Shown: positions 1 through 16,364, numbered from the stretch's first letter. The stretch: 64,000 bases of DNA from the human T2T-CHM13v2.0 reference genome, Homo sapiens (GCF_009914755.1 NC_060929.1); one strand, 5' to 3'. The notes: a model not told the origin generated them from the sequence alone. Made by a program: numbers and translations.

Positions 1-115
1 TAGAGATTTTCACCTGCTCGGTTAAATTAATTTCTATGTCTTTTTTATTGTGTAGTTATTGCAAATGAGATTGCTTTCTTGATTTCCTTTTTAGTTGGTT
101 TGTTACCAATGTATG
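1..115 (-). mobile_element. L1 ORF2 fragment (old L1M), runs off the window edge
   Basis: The reverse complement (..aaaaaggaaatcaagaaagcaatctcatttgcaataact..aaccgagcaggtgaaaatctcta) resembles the post-RT part of L1 ORF2. Confidence 0.7.
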
Positions 116-407
116 ATGTGAAGAATAGAGAGTGAATAAGCAATGCCACAGGAACCTGTTAGATAATATAAAATAGTCTAATATATGTTATTGAAGTTTC
201 AGAATGAAAGAAATGAAAGGAGTCTAAGAAAAAGTAAAGAAATAATGACACAAAACTTCCCAAATTTGACAAAAGATACAAATTACAGATTCAAGATGTT
301 CAATAAATCACAAGCAGAATAAATATAAAAATAGCCATAGGCACATAGATGTGCTAATGACCATAAAAAGTTAAGGGAAAAAGCAAATGAGAGGGGTCAG
401 AGAAAAA

Positions 408-548
408 TGACATATATATGTCACATATGTTACATATATACGTTACATATATGTCACACATATATTACACATATATGTAACACATATGTGTAACACATAT
501 ATGTAACGTTATATATATATATATACACACACACATATATATATATGT
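408..548. repeat. TA/CA-rich low-complexity microsatellite
   Basis: Reiterated acatatatgt/atatat/acac units, including the short palindrome tgacatatatatgtca at 408-423. Confidence 0.9.
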
Positions 549-661
549 AACAGTGATTTGAATAAGGGCCAGAAATGATTAGAACAACATGTTTAAAGAG
601 CCAAAGAAAAAAAATCAACTCAGAATTATATAAGCAACAAAAATAATTATTTAAGAATGAA

Positions 662-1001
<340 letters not shown>

Positions 1002-1699
1002 CTATGGAATTTGTTACCTATACTGTAGTGCATCAGACCTGCACTACAAGAAATGCTAAGGATTCTTCTTCAGGCTATAGCAGAAGTGACACCAGATGGA
1101 AACTCTTTATTCCCAGAAAGGAATAAAGAGCACTAGAAGTGGTAAATATCTATATAAATGTAAAAGAGACTCTTTTTGTGTGTGTTAAAAAATTAGTTTA
1201 TAGTACATGTGCCTATTTAAAACATTACCTTCTGGGGGTTTTTATGTAAGTAAATGTAATACATGTAACAATAGAACAAAGTATAGAAGAGAATAAATAA
1301 ATTTATATGATTGCAAAGCTTTATGTAAAGTGGTACATATAAACTCTAAGTAGACTATTAAAAGTTAAGAGTTTATATTAATTTATAAGATTCATAACCT
1401 AGTACAACCACTGAAAAAAATGTGAAAAGTGTAGCTTAAAAAGTCAAGATAAAAATTAAAACAAAACTTTAAAAATTATTAACATGATCCAAAAATTTTA
1501 GGAAAAGAGGAACAACAACTACTCAATAAAAACACAACAAAAGAACACATTGAAACAGAAGGGTCAAGTTGAAAGTAAATAACAAAATAGTAGACTAAGA
1601 CGTAACTATATTAAAATTACATTAACTATTGAGGAAGTAAACACTTCAGTTAAAAAGCAGAAATTGTCAGAATGTATAAAAATTAATGAATTAAAAATA

Positions 1700-4526
<2,827 letters not shown>

Positions 4527-4544
4527 GGTTGGCTATACGAGAAA

Positions 4545-6460
4545 TATGAGAAAAAAGAAGAGGCATTTTATAATATTAAAAGGATCAATCATTAGGAAGA
4601 CATAACAATCGTAAATGTATATGTATCCAATAAGAGACCTTAAAAATATGTAAAGCAAACAATTAAAAAATTAATGGGGAGAAAGACAATCCCAGAATTA
4701 TAGTTGGATATTTAATACCTTTCAGCAATTGGTAGAAATAGACAAAAAATTAGTAAAGATGTAGAAGATTTAAACGTTACTATCAACCTTTATCTTATTG
4801 ACATTTGTAGACATATAACCTAACAACTCCAGCAGGCACAGTTTTTTCAAGGATACATGCTTATCAGGATATGTTAGGACAAAAAAATCAATAAATCTAA
4901 AAAGCCTGAAATCATGCAGAGTATGCTTTCTGACAACATAGAATTAGGTTAAAAATTAATAGCAATAAGGTATCCATGAAAGTCTTAAGTATTTGAAAAT
5001 TAAACAATCTACTTCTAAATAATTTTGGATGAAAGAAGAAATAGGAAAAAACATTTTGAAGTGAATGATAATTAAAATAAACATCAAAATTTGTGAGATT
5101 CAGCTAAATGAGTGTTTGAGAAATAATTATAGCTTTTATGCTTATCCTGGAAATAGAAAAAGGTGTGAAAACTCAAGGATCTAGGTTTCCCTCTTATGAA
5201 TTAGAAAAACATCAAATTTAAACACCCAACATATTAAAAGGAAAAAGACAATAAATATAAGTTTAAAAATTGAGGCATAAGAAATGGAGATAAAACAGAA
5301 AATGATCAATAAAATCAAAATCTTGTTTTAAAATTGATACGCCACTATTTAATTTCTCAAAAAGGTAGAAGAAATAAAATACTGATATCGCCAAGCACTA
5401 TCTATTCTACAATCATGAAAGGATAATAAAGGAACATTATGAACAACTTTATGCAATAAATTTGACAACTGAAAATGAACAAATCCTTTGAAAAATATAA
5501 ATGATCAAAACAGACTGAAGAAGAAACAACAACAAAAATCCCAAATAATCCTTTGTCAATTAAAAATTTGAATTGAAAACAGAGAACTTTCAAAGAAGAA
5601 CCAGGCACATAGATGGCTTCACTGGTAAGAATTTCATGTAACATTTAAGGTAAAATAAGATGAATTTAACATAAACTCCTTTAGGAAATAAAAGAGAAGG
5701 GAATCCTTTTCAAATAATGTTATAAGCCTAGTATTACCAGACAAACACATCACAGGAAAAGGAAACTCTGTAGCAATGTACCTTATGAATGTAGGTTAAG
5801 AATTCTTAACAAAATATTGGCAAATCAAATCTAGTAGGATGTATTCCAGGAAATCAAGGTTGGATTTAATATACAAAAATCAATGAATTTAACTCATCAT
5901 ATTAATAACGCAAAGGAGAAACTCCATGTGATCATTTCAGTGGACGCAGAAAAAATATTCTATGAAATCCAACTTCCATTTATGGTAAAATCTTCAGCAA
6001 ACTAAGAATGGATGGGATTTTCCACAACCCGATAAGGATATCTACACAGAACTTTATATCTATATTCGATGGTGAGAGGCTGGATGTTTTTCTTTAAGGT
6101 CAGGAACAAGGCAAGGATGTCTACTCTCGGAATTTTTATTCAACATTAGATTAGGGTAGCCAGGCAGTGCAATAAGGCAGACAAACAGACAATAGTCATA
6201 TAGAATTAAAAGAGGTAAAATTATCTTTACTTGCATACAACATGATAACATATGCTAGAAAATCCTAAAAGATAGAATAAGTGAGATAAAAAGGTTGCAG
6301 AATACAAAGTCAGTATATAAAAGTCAATTGCATTTCTATATATGAGCAATGGGCAATTGAAAAATAAAATTGAAATAACTCATTAAAACTCCATAAAATT
6401 ACTAAAGAACAAATGTAATAAAAATGTGCAAGGTCCGTGCACTAACAACATGAAAACAAT
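4545..6460 (+). mobile_element. Old L1M element, resumed ORF2 segment
   Basis: Resumes in the EN domain (aaaaggatcaatcattaggaagacataacaatc) and continues through a degenerate RT (caggaacaaggcaaggatgtctactctc). More diverged than 1700-4526. Confidence 0.8.
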
Positions 6461-6669
6461 CCTGCCATTCCATCCACTCACAGAGACCGTGCCCTGGAGG
6501 GAACATAGGTGAGAGATATGAATGGCTATGATTCCTTCAATCCCCAAGAATCTAGCCCCACTGAAAGGGATTCTGGTGTTTATGGATATTCATTTTATAT
6601 CCATAAGCATTTATATCCATAAACATTTTATATTCATTTCCTGTTTTTTGTTTTTGTTTTTTAAAATTG

Positions 6670-6812
6670 TATTTTATTATTTTATTTTTAGAGACAGAGT
6701 CTTGCCCAGGCTATGTTGCCCAGGCTAGATTTCAGCTCCTGGGCTCAGGTGATCCTACTGCCTCAGTCTTCTAAGTAGCTGGGTCTACAGGCACAGGCCA
6801 TTGTGCCCAACA
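6670..6812 (-). mobile_element. Alu monomer (FLAM/FRAM-like)
   Basis: T-rich tail followed by agagacagagtcttgcccaggct..ctcctgggctcaggtgatcct..gtagctgggtctacaggcac. Single monomer. Confidence 0.85.
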
Positions 6813-6829
6813 TTCTTTTCCTTTTTAAA

Positions 6830-6955
6830 AAAATAAATACTGAATAAATAAGTGAGGAAGAAGGGGAACTAATGGAAATCATCACTAAGCAAACACCATA
6901 GTCACCATAGTAATAACTGTTGCAGACAAGACCCATTAATAAATGCTAAAGTGGG
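6830..6955 (+). mobile_element. L1MC/MD-like 3' fragment
   Basis: ggaaatcatcact..catagtaataactgttgcagacaagacccattaataaatgctaaa resembles an old L1 3'UTR. Confidence 0.45.
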
Positions 6956-7214
6956 AACATATATACAGGTAGGATATCCACTTTTAACAGCATTGCCCCC
7001 AGAGGCAATCCAGTTTTAACTATCTGGGGTTGTGAAAAATAAAATCATGTATATATTGTATTTAATAGATAATTTAAAGGATTTTCAAAATTAATTTTGA
7101 CCAACAATAATTTTCATTTAGGGTCCACTGTCAAAGCTAATTTTTGCATATACTATAACTTCATTGAACTTCAGGAGAACTCACAGAACAGTTTGTAAAG
7201 CATTTTGTGCTTAG

Positions 7215-7455
7215 AGACCTCTAGCAGGGAACTTACTACCTCACAAAGCATTCCATTCCATTTTGGACCACTGAAATTGTCAACTCTCCAAATGTGGGGT
7301 TAGCTTGCTATAACCTCTGCTTATCGGCCCTGGCTCTCCACTGAGGAGCCATGTTGAAATATTATCACCTTTCCCCTGAGAGTTCTTCAAATACCTGAAG
7401 GGCTATTGGGTTCACATCTCGTCTTTTATTTCCAGGACTAAACAATCCCAGTACT
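7215..7455 (-). mobile_element. CR1/L3 LINE 3' fragment
   Basis: gggaacttactacctcacaaagcattccattccattttggacc and ttcttcaaatacctgaag..ccaggactaaacaatcccagt match the L3 3' end in reverse. Confidence 0.65.
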
Positions 7456-8724
7456 AGATTCATTTTTTTCTTGTTTTCTATAATCAGATCAGCAATGGCC
7501 TGTGGTCTCAACCCAAAGCAAATGCTGAATTAGGTAATGGTACATTGGCACCACCTTTCCTCAGGTTTCTTCAGCGATTGCAAAGTACAAGAAGCCCTGA
7601 AATATCAAGAGTTCCTGCACTAGTTATGTTTCTTCACTTGGGCATTGCAAACAGTAGCAGTGGCGGAATTCTTTGGATCTTTGACTGACCTCCATCCCCA
7701 ACCTATTGTCAATCTGCTTTGGAAGATACGCTATCCCTTGACAGCTCTCTAATTAACTTGGCTCCCATCTCAATGGGACTTTGTAACCTCATGGAAGAGA
7801 AATGGCCTCCCCAATCCTTACTCCCCTTGCTTCAGCCTCCATCAGGGAGCTATTCAGTATACAAGAATAATCTTTAATAAGTTGCATATTTATTCTGCAA
7901 GCAATCTCTGCTGTCTCTGTTAGTAGACTGAGTCCTCTCCCAGGCTTGTACAAACAGCTCTCCTGGAAGCAGTCATGCTTTATGAACTGTGCATAGAGTA
8001 AGCACATCACTGGCTGTCAGCTTCTGAACACTCTTTTACCCTGAAGTGCTAGAAAAAGAAGGAAAGACAAATAGTTCTGAAGAAATGCTTCAGTAAAGTT
8101 AGCAAACAGAATGGCTACACAGAATCCTCTGATGCCTCTCATTTTGTTAATGCCATTAGTCAATATATCTAGTCTCTCTATGAAGTCCAAAAGGAGGATG
8201 GGATCAGTCTCTGTAGGAGTTCTTCCCTTCTGGGAGTGAGAAATAATCTAGACTGGCGGTCAGTGACTTGCGTCCTAATCTTGACTCTGCCTTGAGTTGC
8301 CTTCAGTGATGGTTTCAAGCAGTTCCTTCTTTTCTAGGAATGGGCTACAAGAGCTTATAGGGTAAACAGCCTGTCAACTACCATTGCCAGGATGAAATGT
8401 AACAGCAACAACAATGGCATGCAAAGAATGAGAAAATCATTTATTAGGTAAATCTGTTTTGTACGTTACATTTTTCAAAGGTCCTTTTTACCCAGTTGAG
8501 CCTCTTAGTGTCTTTATAAGCAATTAGAGGCAGATGATATTAACTCCATATGAGCCCAGTAGAAAATTCTGCTGCAGAATTTGAGACAGTAATTCAAGAT
8601 AACTTAATAATTAGGGACAGATCTGGAGACTAAGACTTGTCAGGTCTAATTGCTGTGCAGGGTCTTTTCATATACTGTTCTGCATATATCATCATTATCA
8701 TCCTCCAAATAATCACTATCTTCA

Positions 8725-8880
8725 GAAATATTTATGGAGCACTTAGTAAGTGCCAGACTTTGGGCTACATGTTTTGCAAACATTATTTCTATACTGAATC
8801 ATTAGAAACCCGATGAGGAAGAAATACAGCTATGGAAAACTGAGGATCCAACAGGTCAAATAACTTGCTTGAGTTGTCAC
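8725..8880 (-). mobile_element. MIR SINE
   Basis: atttatggagcacttagtaagtgccag..gaaaactgagg..aggtcaaataacttgc is the reversed MIR core. Confidence 0.65.
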
Positions 8881-9864
8881 TCTCAGATCTATAATGAACT
8901 GATTTGTAATTTTGAGCAACTGACAACCTCTCTGACTCTTAGTCTATTGGGTTAAATGATATCTACTTCTGGTACTGCAAGGGCTAGCTAGCATGGGACC
9001 ATCTGTGCTAATGGATAGGAGAGTATCTTGAAATATGTGAGGTGACAAATGACAATCTTTTTCTCATGGTTAGTAAATGGCAGATCCAAGCCTGTGCACA
9101 GGTGTAGACATAGTGCTATATTGCATGCTAATGACATCCCCCCTAATGCTGTTACTCACATCCTTCACTGCTGGTTGTCTGCACAGAAGACACAGGAGTC
9201 CATAATAAAAACTTAAATTTTTGCCACTTGAAAAAAAAAAAGGCTAGCAAGTCCTCTGAACCCTTCCTCAGTACCAGGGCTTTTATCCTCATACTGGGCA
9301 CATAGGCAGCAAGGAGTTCACTCTGGTTGGTGATAAAGAGACAATAGCTATTTTTGGCTATACCTAAGATTTACCTCTTCCATACAGGTCTTTGCTTTTC
9401 ACTTGCTGAGCAAATAGGTATTGTCAAAGAAACACGTTCTTTTCTCCCCTGTCATTCTGAACTCAAGTGCAGCCACTTCAGATGAGGGCAGTGTCTACTT
9501 CTGGAAAAGGAAAGCTGAATAGAGCAGGGGAGACCCTATGTAGGTGCACAAGGAAAGAAAAGAAGGGAAGAGTTGTTTAGGGAATTTGGGGGGAGGATTT
9601 GGGGATTTTTTGGGACTTCCTAGTTTCTGGTTCTGGATGAGTTCTAAGATCATTTTGGCTGGTGACCTTAGAGTGATTGAAAGGTATGATGAAATAAGTT
9701 TTAATTGCTTTTTGAAATTATTTATTTCAACAAAAGTTCCTAAGGCAATCCCTTGACTGCATGAAGGTGTTACCTCCAGATACTTTCAGCAGAAATAGGA
9801 GGAAAGGGAATGAAGTGATAATTAAAAATCATTATAATCGCAAAGATGATAGAGGTAATAGTGT

Positions 9865-10090
9865 GTATTTAATGCTTACTATATGCATAGTACTTTACTA
9901 AACACTTTATACACAGTATTTTATTAAATCTTCACCACAACCCTATGGGACTGGCATTATCGCTGCCCCATTTTGTAAGTAATAAAACTGAAGCAGAGAG
10001 TTTCAGGAACTTGCCCACAATCCTGAAACTAGTTCATGGATGGATGAGCCAGGATTCAAATATAGGCTGTGGTCTGATTATGCAGTTTCA
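9865..10090 (-). mobile_element. MIR SINE
   Basis: aatgcttactat..cacaaccctatg..ccccattttgta..aaactgaagcagagag..aacttgccca..gagccaggattcaaa. Confidence 0.85.
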
Positions 10091-10611
10091 ACTCTTAACC
10101 CACATGCTTACACAGGGTGTGTATCTTAAGCCCTTCGGAAATTAAGCAGGAATTATTGGAGCAAGTTGACAGGAAAACGACAATTTAAAAATATAAAGTA
10201 AAAAATAAATCATGCCTCTTGAGAAGAGAAAACCTGTCTGGGTGAGCTACACTGTCTCAGCCAAGACACTGGACATTTATTTTTCTTCCAGTTTTATAAT
10301 TGTGGGAAGAAAAATCTGACGAAAGAAGGGAGTTGGAGGCAATAGGAGACTGTTAGAGAGGTCAATCAATGCAGGATTATTAAGCTAATTTTTTTTTAGC
10401 AACTGACTTGAGGTCAAGTGGCCAAGAGCAAGTGGAATGACAACAAACCACTATGATCTTGGTCTCAATCTATGAACCAGGGCGTCTAGACAAAGGATAT
10501 GCTTAGCAGTACAAAAATACATTGAGTTAAACTTTTAATTTCAAAGTTATCTTTGACTATAAGGGATTATAAGACTATAGCTAAATATTACCTCTGAAAT
10601 AATCAAATTCA

Positions 10612-10836
10612 AAATTCTCAGCTGGGATTTATTTTGTCCCCTTCACCTCAGGGGATATTTGGCAATGTCCAGAGACAGTTTTGATTGTCGAAAGTAGGGG
10701 AGGGAGAGCACGCTAGTGGCCTGTAGTGGGCAGAAGCCAGCAATGCTTCTAATCATCCTATAATACCCAGGGCAAGCTCCCACAACAAAGAATTAACCAG
10801 TCCAAAATGTTAATAATACCAAGATTGAGAAATCTG
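10612..10836 (+). mobile_element. MER20 (hAT-Charlie MITE)
   Basis: ggggatatttggcaatgtccagagacagttttgattgtc..cccacaacaaagaattaaccagtccaaaatgt..gattgagaaatctg. Confidence 0.88.
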
Positions 10837-11769
10837 TTCTAGTTCAACTCTCTAGAAGCTTGGTATTTAAGTTCCAAATTTTATTTAAAAGTCATATTTT
10901 ATCAGTGAAGTATTGAAAAAACAAAGCTCAAGAGAGGTTTAATTTATTATTTACACTGTCAGCCTCAGCCTCATCATACGAATTAAATACCTATGCCTGG
11001 TTCCAGACAAACCAGGTACCAGCAGTGCCTTTGCAAATCTGAGATGAGCCATTACCAAATTCTCAGAAGGTGCTGGAAACACCCTCTGGCCTGAGGCTCA
11101 GAGGCCCAGGATTGCTGTGTCCCTTGCATCTCCATACTTCCTTAAGCCGACCCTACTTCTGAATGCTGTCATTTCTCCCAGACCCCAGGTTGGAACAACT
11201 CTCTCCCTTTCCCGGAGACAGCAGACAAGGTTGTTTCTATCTGGCTGGGGACTGTGGCTCTCTGACTGAGTTCCCAGAGCCCAGGGTTCTCTGGAGTTGC
11301 CTCATGGGTTGCTGAGAGGAAGATTGCAGGCAGCGGGCCCCAGATTCCCATCTCCCTCAGTCAATGAGGCTTTACTTTTGTCTATACAAATACAAGAAAA
11401 TTTGGGTCTGTTTGTTCCTAACCACAACTAACAACTGGACAGGTTTTCACCAAATTTGTAGAGTAACACTTGGGATATTCTCAGTTATAATTTAGGCTTT
11501 GAGGCAGACATGAATTTCTATTTGAAAGACCCTATGAAGCATTTCAATGACAGATTAGCTGAGACTGAAGTACAATGACAGGTCTTTGTAACTGTCTATT
11601 GAGACAGACAATTTACATATGTTAAGTCTCCGTAGATAGTAAATGCAAACGACGATTTCAAAGTTGACTACAAATTACAGGCTGTGAGACACGAATTCTG
11701 CTGTCAGCTCCCATTTGGAATCAGCTGTTTCTCATGTGGGCACCCCTGTGGTGTACCAGGGTGAGGAGC

Positions 11770-11985
11770 TGAGCAGCAGGGCAGGGAAGATTGCAGGCCC
11801 TGGGGGCAGCCTGCCTGACTCCCACACTGAGCTCTGTAGCCCTGAACAAATTACTTAACATCACTCTGCCTCAGTTTCCTCAAAGGGTTGTTGTAAGGCT
11901 TAGATGAGTTACCACAGGTAAGGTCTCAGAATAAGTAGTGGCTGGCCCAAGGCAAGGATTTGCTGCTGCTATTATTACCATTGTC
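11770..11985 (+). mobile_element. MIR SINE
   Basis: aaattacttaacatcactctgcctcagtttcctca..gggttgttgtaaggcttagatgagtta. Confidence 0.75.
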
Positions 11986-12390
11986 ATTATTGTTATGCCT
12001 TAGTAAAACATGATGAACACCAGCCCATTCTATTTTCTATGCTGGCATTCTATGTAGGATTTCACTTTTTTTTAAAAAGGTTTTCTGCTAAAAATAAATA
12101 TGAAAAACCACTGGGCAGCTTTATTTTCATATGGAGTTTTTAAGACTAAATATCATTCAGTATTAAAGCCAGATTCCTCTTATTTTAAGGCATGAATCAA
12201 AATTGTCACATGACTGAGGAAAACAAAACTCCATGATGCAATTTTAGGCCAACTGATGCAGTATTCAGGAGGGACCATCCTATCTCTTCTTTACCTTTCA
12301 TATTTACAGAAATCTATGCAATCCTCCAGGCATTTGCATTCATCCTCACTGTCCTTCATTAAAACTTGTTAAGAATATCAGCCATTGCAG

Positions 12391-12401
12391 GTGAGTCAGC
12401 A
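12391..12401 (+). promoter_or_regulatory. ARE/NF-E2-type motif GTGAGTCAGCA (contains AP-1 TGAGTCA)
   Basis: The reverse complement TGCTGACTCAC matches the CNC-small Maf consensus. Motif match only. Confidence 0.3.
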
Positions 12402-12662
12402 TCATGTGTCCTATCTGGATCTGTAGCCTGATTGATAGAAAGGTCTCAGAAAAGCATCAGAAACACTTATAGAAGACTATGCCACCAATAAACTTAGTGA
12501 CCCTGGACTGCCTGGGTTCAGATGCTGGGCTTTGACACATACAAGCTCTGTGACCTTGGCAAGCTATGGAATATCTCAACCATGGTTCAGAGAGTAGATG
12601 TTACTCACCCAGGTTCACACAGAAAACTGGCAAAGCTTGGTCTGGAACCCACAGCTCATGAC

Positions 12663-12815
12663 CAAAGGTTGTGAAATAGCTGCCCATGGGCTGGGCCCAA
12701 TTTGCACATGGACTTAGTTTAGACATCACAGTGTTTTGAAAAATACTTGATTCCACTGCCATAATTTAAATGAATTGGGAGATTTTACTTAAAACTCTAG
12801 AATCCAGCTCTTCTC
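12663..12815 (+). mobile_element. MER102-like hAT fragment
   Basis: gctgcccatgggctgggcccaatttgcac..cacagtgttttgaaaaat..ttgggagattttacttaaaactctagaatccagct. Confidence 0.6.
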
Positions 12816-13120
12816 TGTATCCTTGTTAATGAAACAAGGGTAATTATATCTACCTTCCAGTATTGGAATGAGGACTAATTGTGAATAATTCATGAAAGCT
12901 CTTAGGACAGTACCTCACATGTAGAATATGCATTATTGATTAGCTGATGTTGTCAGTAACATTCAAGCCAGGATTCCAGGATTTTTGTCTCCACTCTACT
13001 GCTGTCTTTCTTACCCACTAGATGCTATCTCTCTCACATCCCTGCATACAGAAGCCATGCTTTTAACCACATGCTGCACAGCCTCACTCAGAGTGGAGCC
13101 CTGGTGGGGGTTATATATGA

Positions 13121-13564
<444 letters not shown>

Positions 13565-13759
13565 TAATATGTAAGCATATTAGTGTGGGCCTGGCATCCT
13601 ATACCTCTGAATATTCACTACCATTTATTACCATACTCTATTGGATGATTAAGACCATCTCATTCCTCAAAAGGAAATTGTGGCCCAGAGATGGGAGGTA
13701 AATTGCCCGAGGTCACACAGCAAGTGGCAAGACTGGGATTTGAACCAATGGCTTTATAG

Positions 13760-14108
13760 CAGTGGTGGCAAATTGACTGCCCATGGCTCTGCCTTATTTG
13801 CAGATGGTCTTAGTTTGTTGTGCACCATATTTGGGGAAAAAAATAGCTGCCTAGGTTTTAAACAAAACTGAGACATTTCACATAGAAATCTGGATTCTTG
13901 GCTTCTCATTTGATCTGGCATCCCTGAGCCTCAGTCCTACAAGGTGACAACAGCTGGGGCTGAGTATTTTTTGCTCTTATCCAGGGCATGTACTCCAGTT
14001 CATTGTTGTCCCAATGATTCCAGGCTAAAGGACAGTCACCATTTTCTTATTCTAGAACCTATTATGTTACCTGCCTGGCCTCTGCAGGCATTTCAGTTTG
14101 TGACCCTG
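13760..14108 (+). mobile_element. MER102-like hAT MITE
   Basis: cagtggtggcaaattgactgcccatgg..atttcacatagaaatctggattcttggcttctc..ggcctctgcaggcatttcagtttgtgaccctg. Confidence 0.75.
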
Positions 14109-14194
14109 GATTCCTTCCTAGTACTTTTTCAAGCTTCCCAGGGCCTTCTACAGTGATGTACTGAATTAACCAGATAGCAGTCCTCTAAACAGCC

Positions 14195-14627
14195 TGGCGT
14201 GGGTTGAATCCTGTCCCACCAAAAAATATGTTGAGGTCGCAATCCTCAATATTTATGAATGTGACCTTATTCAGAAATAGGGACTTTGCAGATGTAGTCA
14301 AATTAAAATGATGTCTTACTGGATTAGGTAGACTCTAATCTAAAATAATATGTCCTTATTAGAAGACACAGACACAGCAGAAGGGTGGCCAGGGGAAGAC
14401 AGAGGATAGATTGGAGAGAGGCTACCACAAGCCAAGGAACACCTAAGGCTACCAGAAGCTGGAAGAAGCATGGAAGGATCCCCACTTAGAGGCTTCAGAG
14501 GGGGCATGGTCCTGCCAACACCTTGATTTCAGATTTCTAGCCTCCAAAACTGTAAGAGTACATGTCTGCTGTTTTAAGCCATCTGGTTTGTGGTACTTTG
14601 TTACAGAGGCCCTAGGAAGCTAATACA
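14195..14627 (+). mobile_element. MaLR solo LTR (MLT1B/C-like)
   Basis: TG..CA ends, gaatgtgaccttatt..ctttgcagatgta, caagccaaggaacacc and ctgttttaagccat..ctaataca. 5-bp TSD cagcc/cagcg. Confidence 0.92.
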
Positions 14628-14831
14628 CAGCGCTGTCATAGCTGTCTTTCATTTTTTGTTCTCATAGCTTGCTTTTATCTTTGTCCTCCCTTTGCTTTCT
14701 CTTCTAATTCATCTTCTGGCACATTTCTGTCATCCTTCTCCCTGTTTGCCTCAAGTCCACCATAGACCCTTAGCCAGACTGATGGCTCCCAGGATGAAGA
14801 GGTATCTGGGTCCAGCTGAGCATTGAGAGAG

Positions 14832-14852
14832 AAAAAAAAAAAAAAAAAAAAA
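14832..14852. repeat. Poly(A)21 tract with no upstream retroelement recognised
   Basis: A run of 21 A between gagagag and a short GC-rich stretch. Confidence 0.95.
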
Positions 14853-15714
14853 GCGGCCGGGGTTGTGGCGGGGAGCGCAGAGGGGTTTCGCTATTTGCAG
14901 GTGTTGATGTGGCTTACAGCTGGGTGGCACAGTTGCCAGGCTTCCAGAAACAGCTGCAGGAATCTGAAACATGCGGTGTAGATTACTGCAGTACCGCTTT
15001 TGGAAGCTGCGAGAACAATAAGCTTGCCCAGGACTTCGTGTGAATTGGCCCAGACACCTCCTCTCCCTCCCCAGCATCTTGAAACTGACTTTAACAGGCT
15101 TCTTAACATTCAGCACAGCCCTTGCTAGTGAAGCTTAGACAGGCGGTATGCTCCCTACAAAGCAAGGTGCTGACAGCTTTTTTCTTTTCCCTTCCTCATT
15201 GCTTAATCTATCCACTTCCTGATACTAATGGATTTTTAAATGAGCCCAGGACAATTGATAGCATTTCCCAATTAAAACCAAATACGCTTCATCCACCCTT
15301 CACACAGCCACTGGGTACAAAAGAGTGCTGGGGAGCACAGGCCCAGCTAGACATCTCTCTCTAGTTCTCCTGCCTCCTGCTCTCGGCCTGCAGAGAGGGC
15401 TGCCCACTCTCAGTAGACCTGGCTCCTGCAGGGGTGCTTCAAGGTGCAGGAGTAACTTCCAGATGCCAGCTGAAGTGATGCTGGCTGAGATTTCTGAGTA
15501 GTCACAAGGCTAGAGTCACAGGCAGGATTTTTTTCCAATCCTCTGTGATGTTAATTGGTTTCATAACTACTAATTTAGATGCTTCCTTCAGGACTGAGGG
15601 AAATTATTATGCAGCCATAGTAATTCATGCAAGTTTGAGGGAGGGTGGGCTAAGCATCTGGGGAGAGCATAACATCTTATTTTTTATTATTATAAATTAT
15701 TAGGAATAAAATAA

Positions 15715-15925
15715 TGTAGCTACTGCTTGAGTGCCTACTCTGGGCTAGGCCCTGCACTTGGCCCCCCGTATAAATGACCTCTAATATTCATAGTAATGTT
15801 TGGGAGGAATGATCTCTTTTGTACAGACAAGGAAATAGACACCCTCAGAAGTTAAATGCTTTATCCAACACCACAACCTAGTAAATGTCAGAGGTGCATT
15901 GAGGTAGCCTGAATCCAAATCCATG
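15715..15925 (-). mobile_element. MIR SINE
   Basis: ttgagtgcctact..tttgtacagacaaggaaatagac..cagaagttaaatgctttatccaa..ctagtaaatgtcagag. Confidence 0.7.
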
Positions 15926-16350
15926 TTCTTTCTGCGACTCCAGAAGTGAGTTATTAGTATTACCGGAGAGAACATAAAGTACTATATTTGGGAACTGTGC
16001 TCAAAGTTATACCTTAGACAGTTGACACACAGTGAGGGTGCAGGGAGAGATTCATTCACTGTCTCATTCATGTGGCAGAAGAAATGCCTGGGAGTGACAG
16101 CTCTGTTACACATAAGGAATTCTATCTTCTCAGAACTTGTTACCCTCCTACAGATGGTTCAAGATTACTCTGAGCAAATGCTTCCCAGAGAGAGCTAGAC
16201 ACGCATGGCAGGGCCACAGGAAGAAGGAGCTGGGGGGTTCATGCCTCTTCTTTCCACAACCCAGCTGCCCTCCTCATACTGTGATAGGAAACCCAACACC
16301 TGTTCCAGTTTCCACCCCTCCTTCTCAGGCCTTGTCTTATTTATCCCTCA

Positions 16351-16364
16351 TTGCCACCTGGTGG
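16351..16364 (-). promoter_or_regulatory. Candidate CTCF core motif
   Basis: The reverse complement CCACCAGGTGGCAA fits CCASYAGRKGGCR. Motif match only. Confidence 0.35.

Noticed and set aside
6595-6630. Micro tandem duplications (also near 6895, 17147, 21462, 53425, 56325)
   Set aside because: Ordinary slippage products of 9-25 bp with no higher-order pattern.
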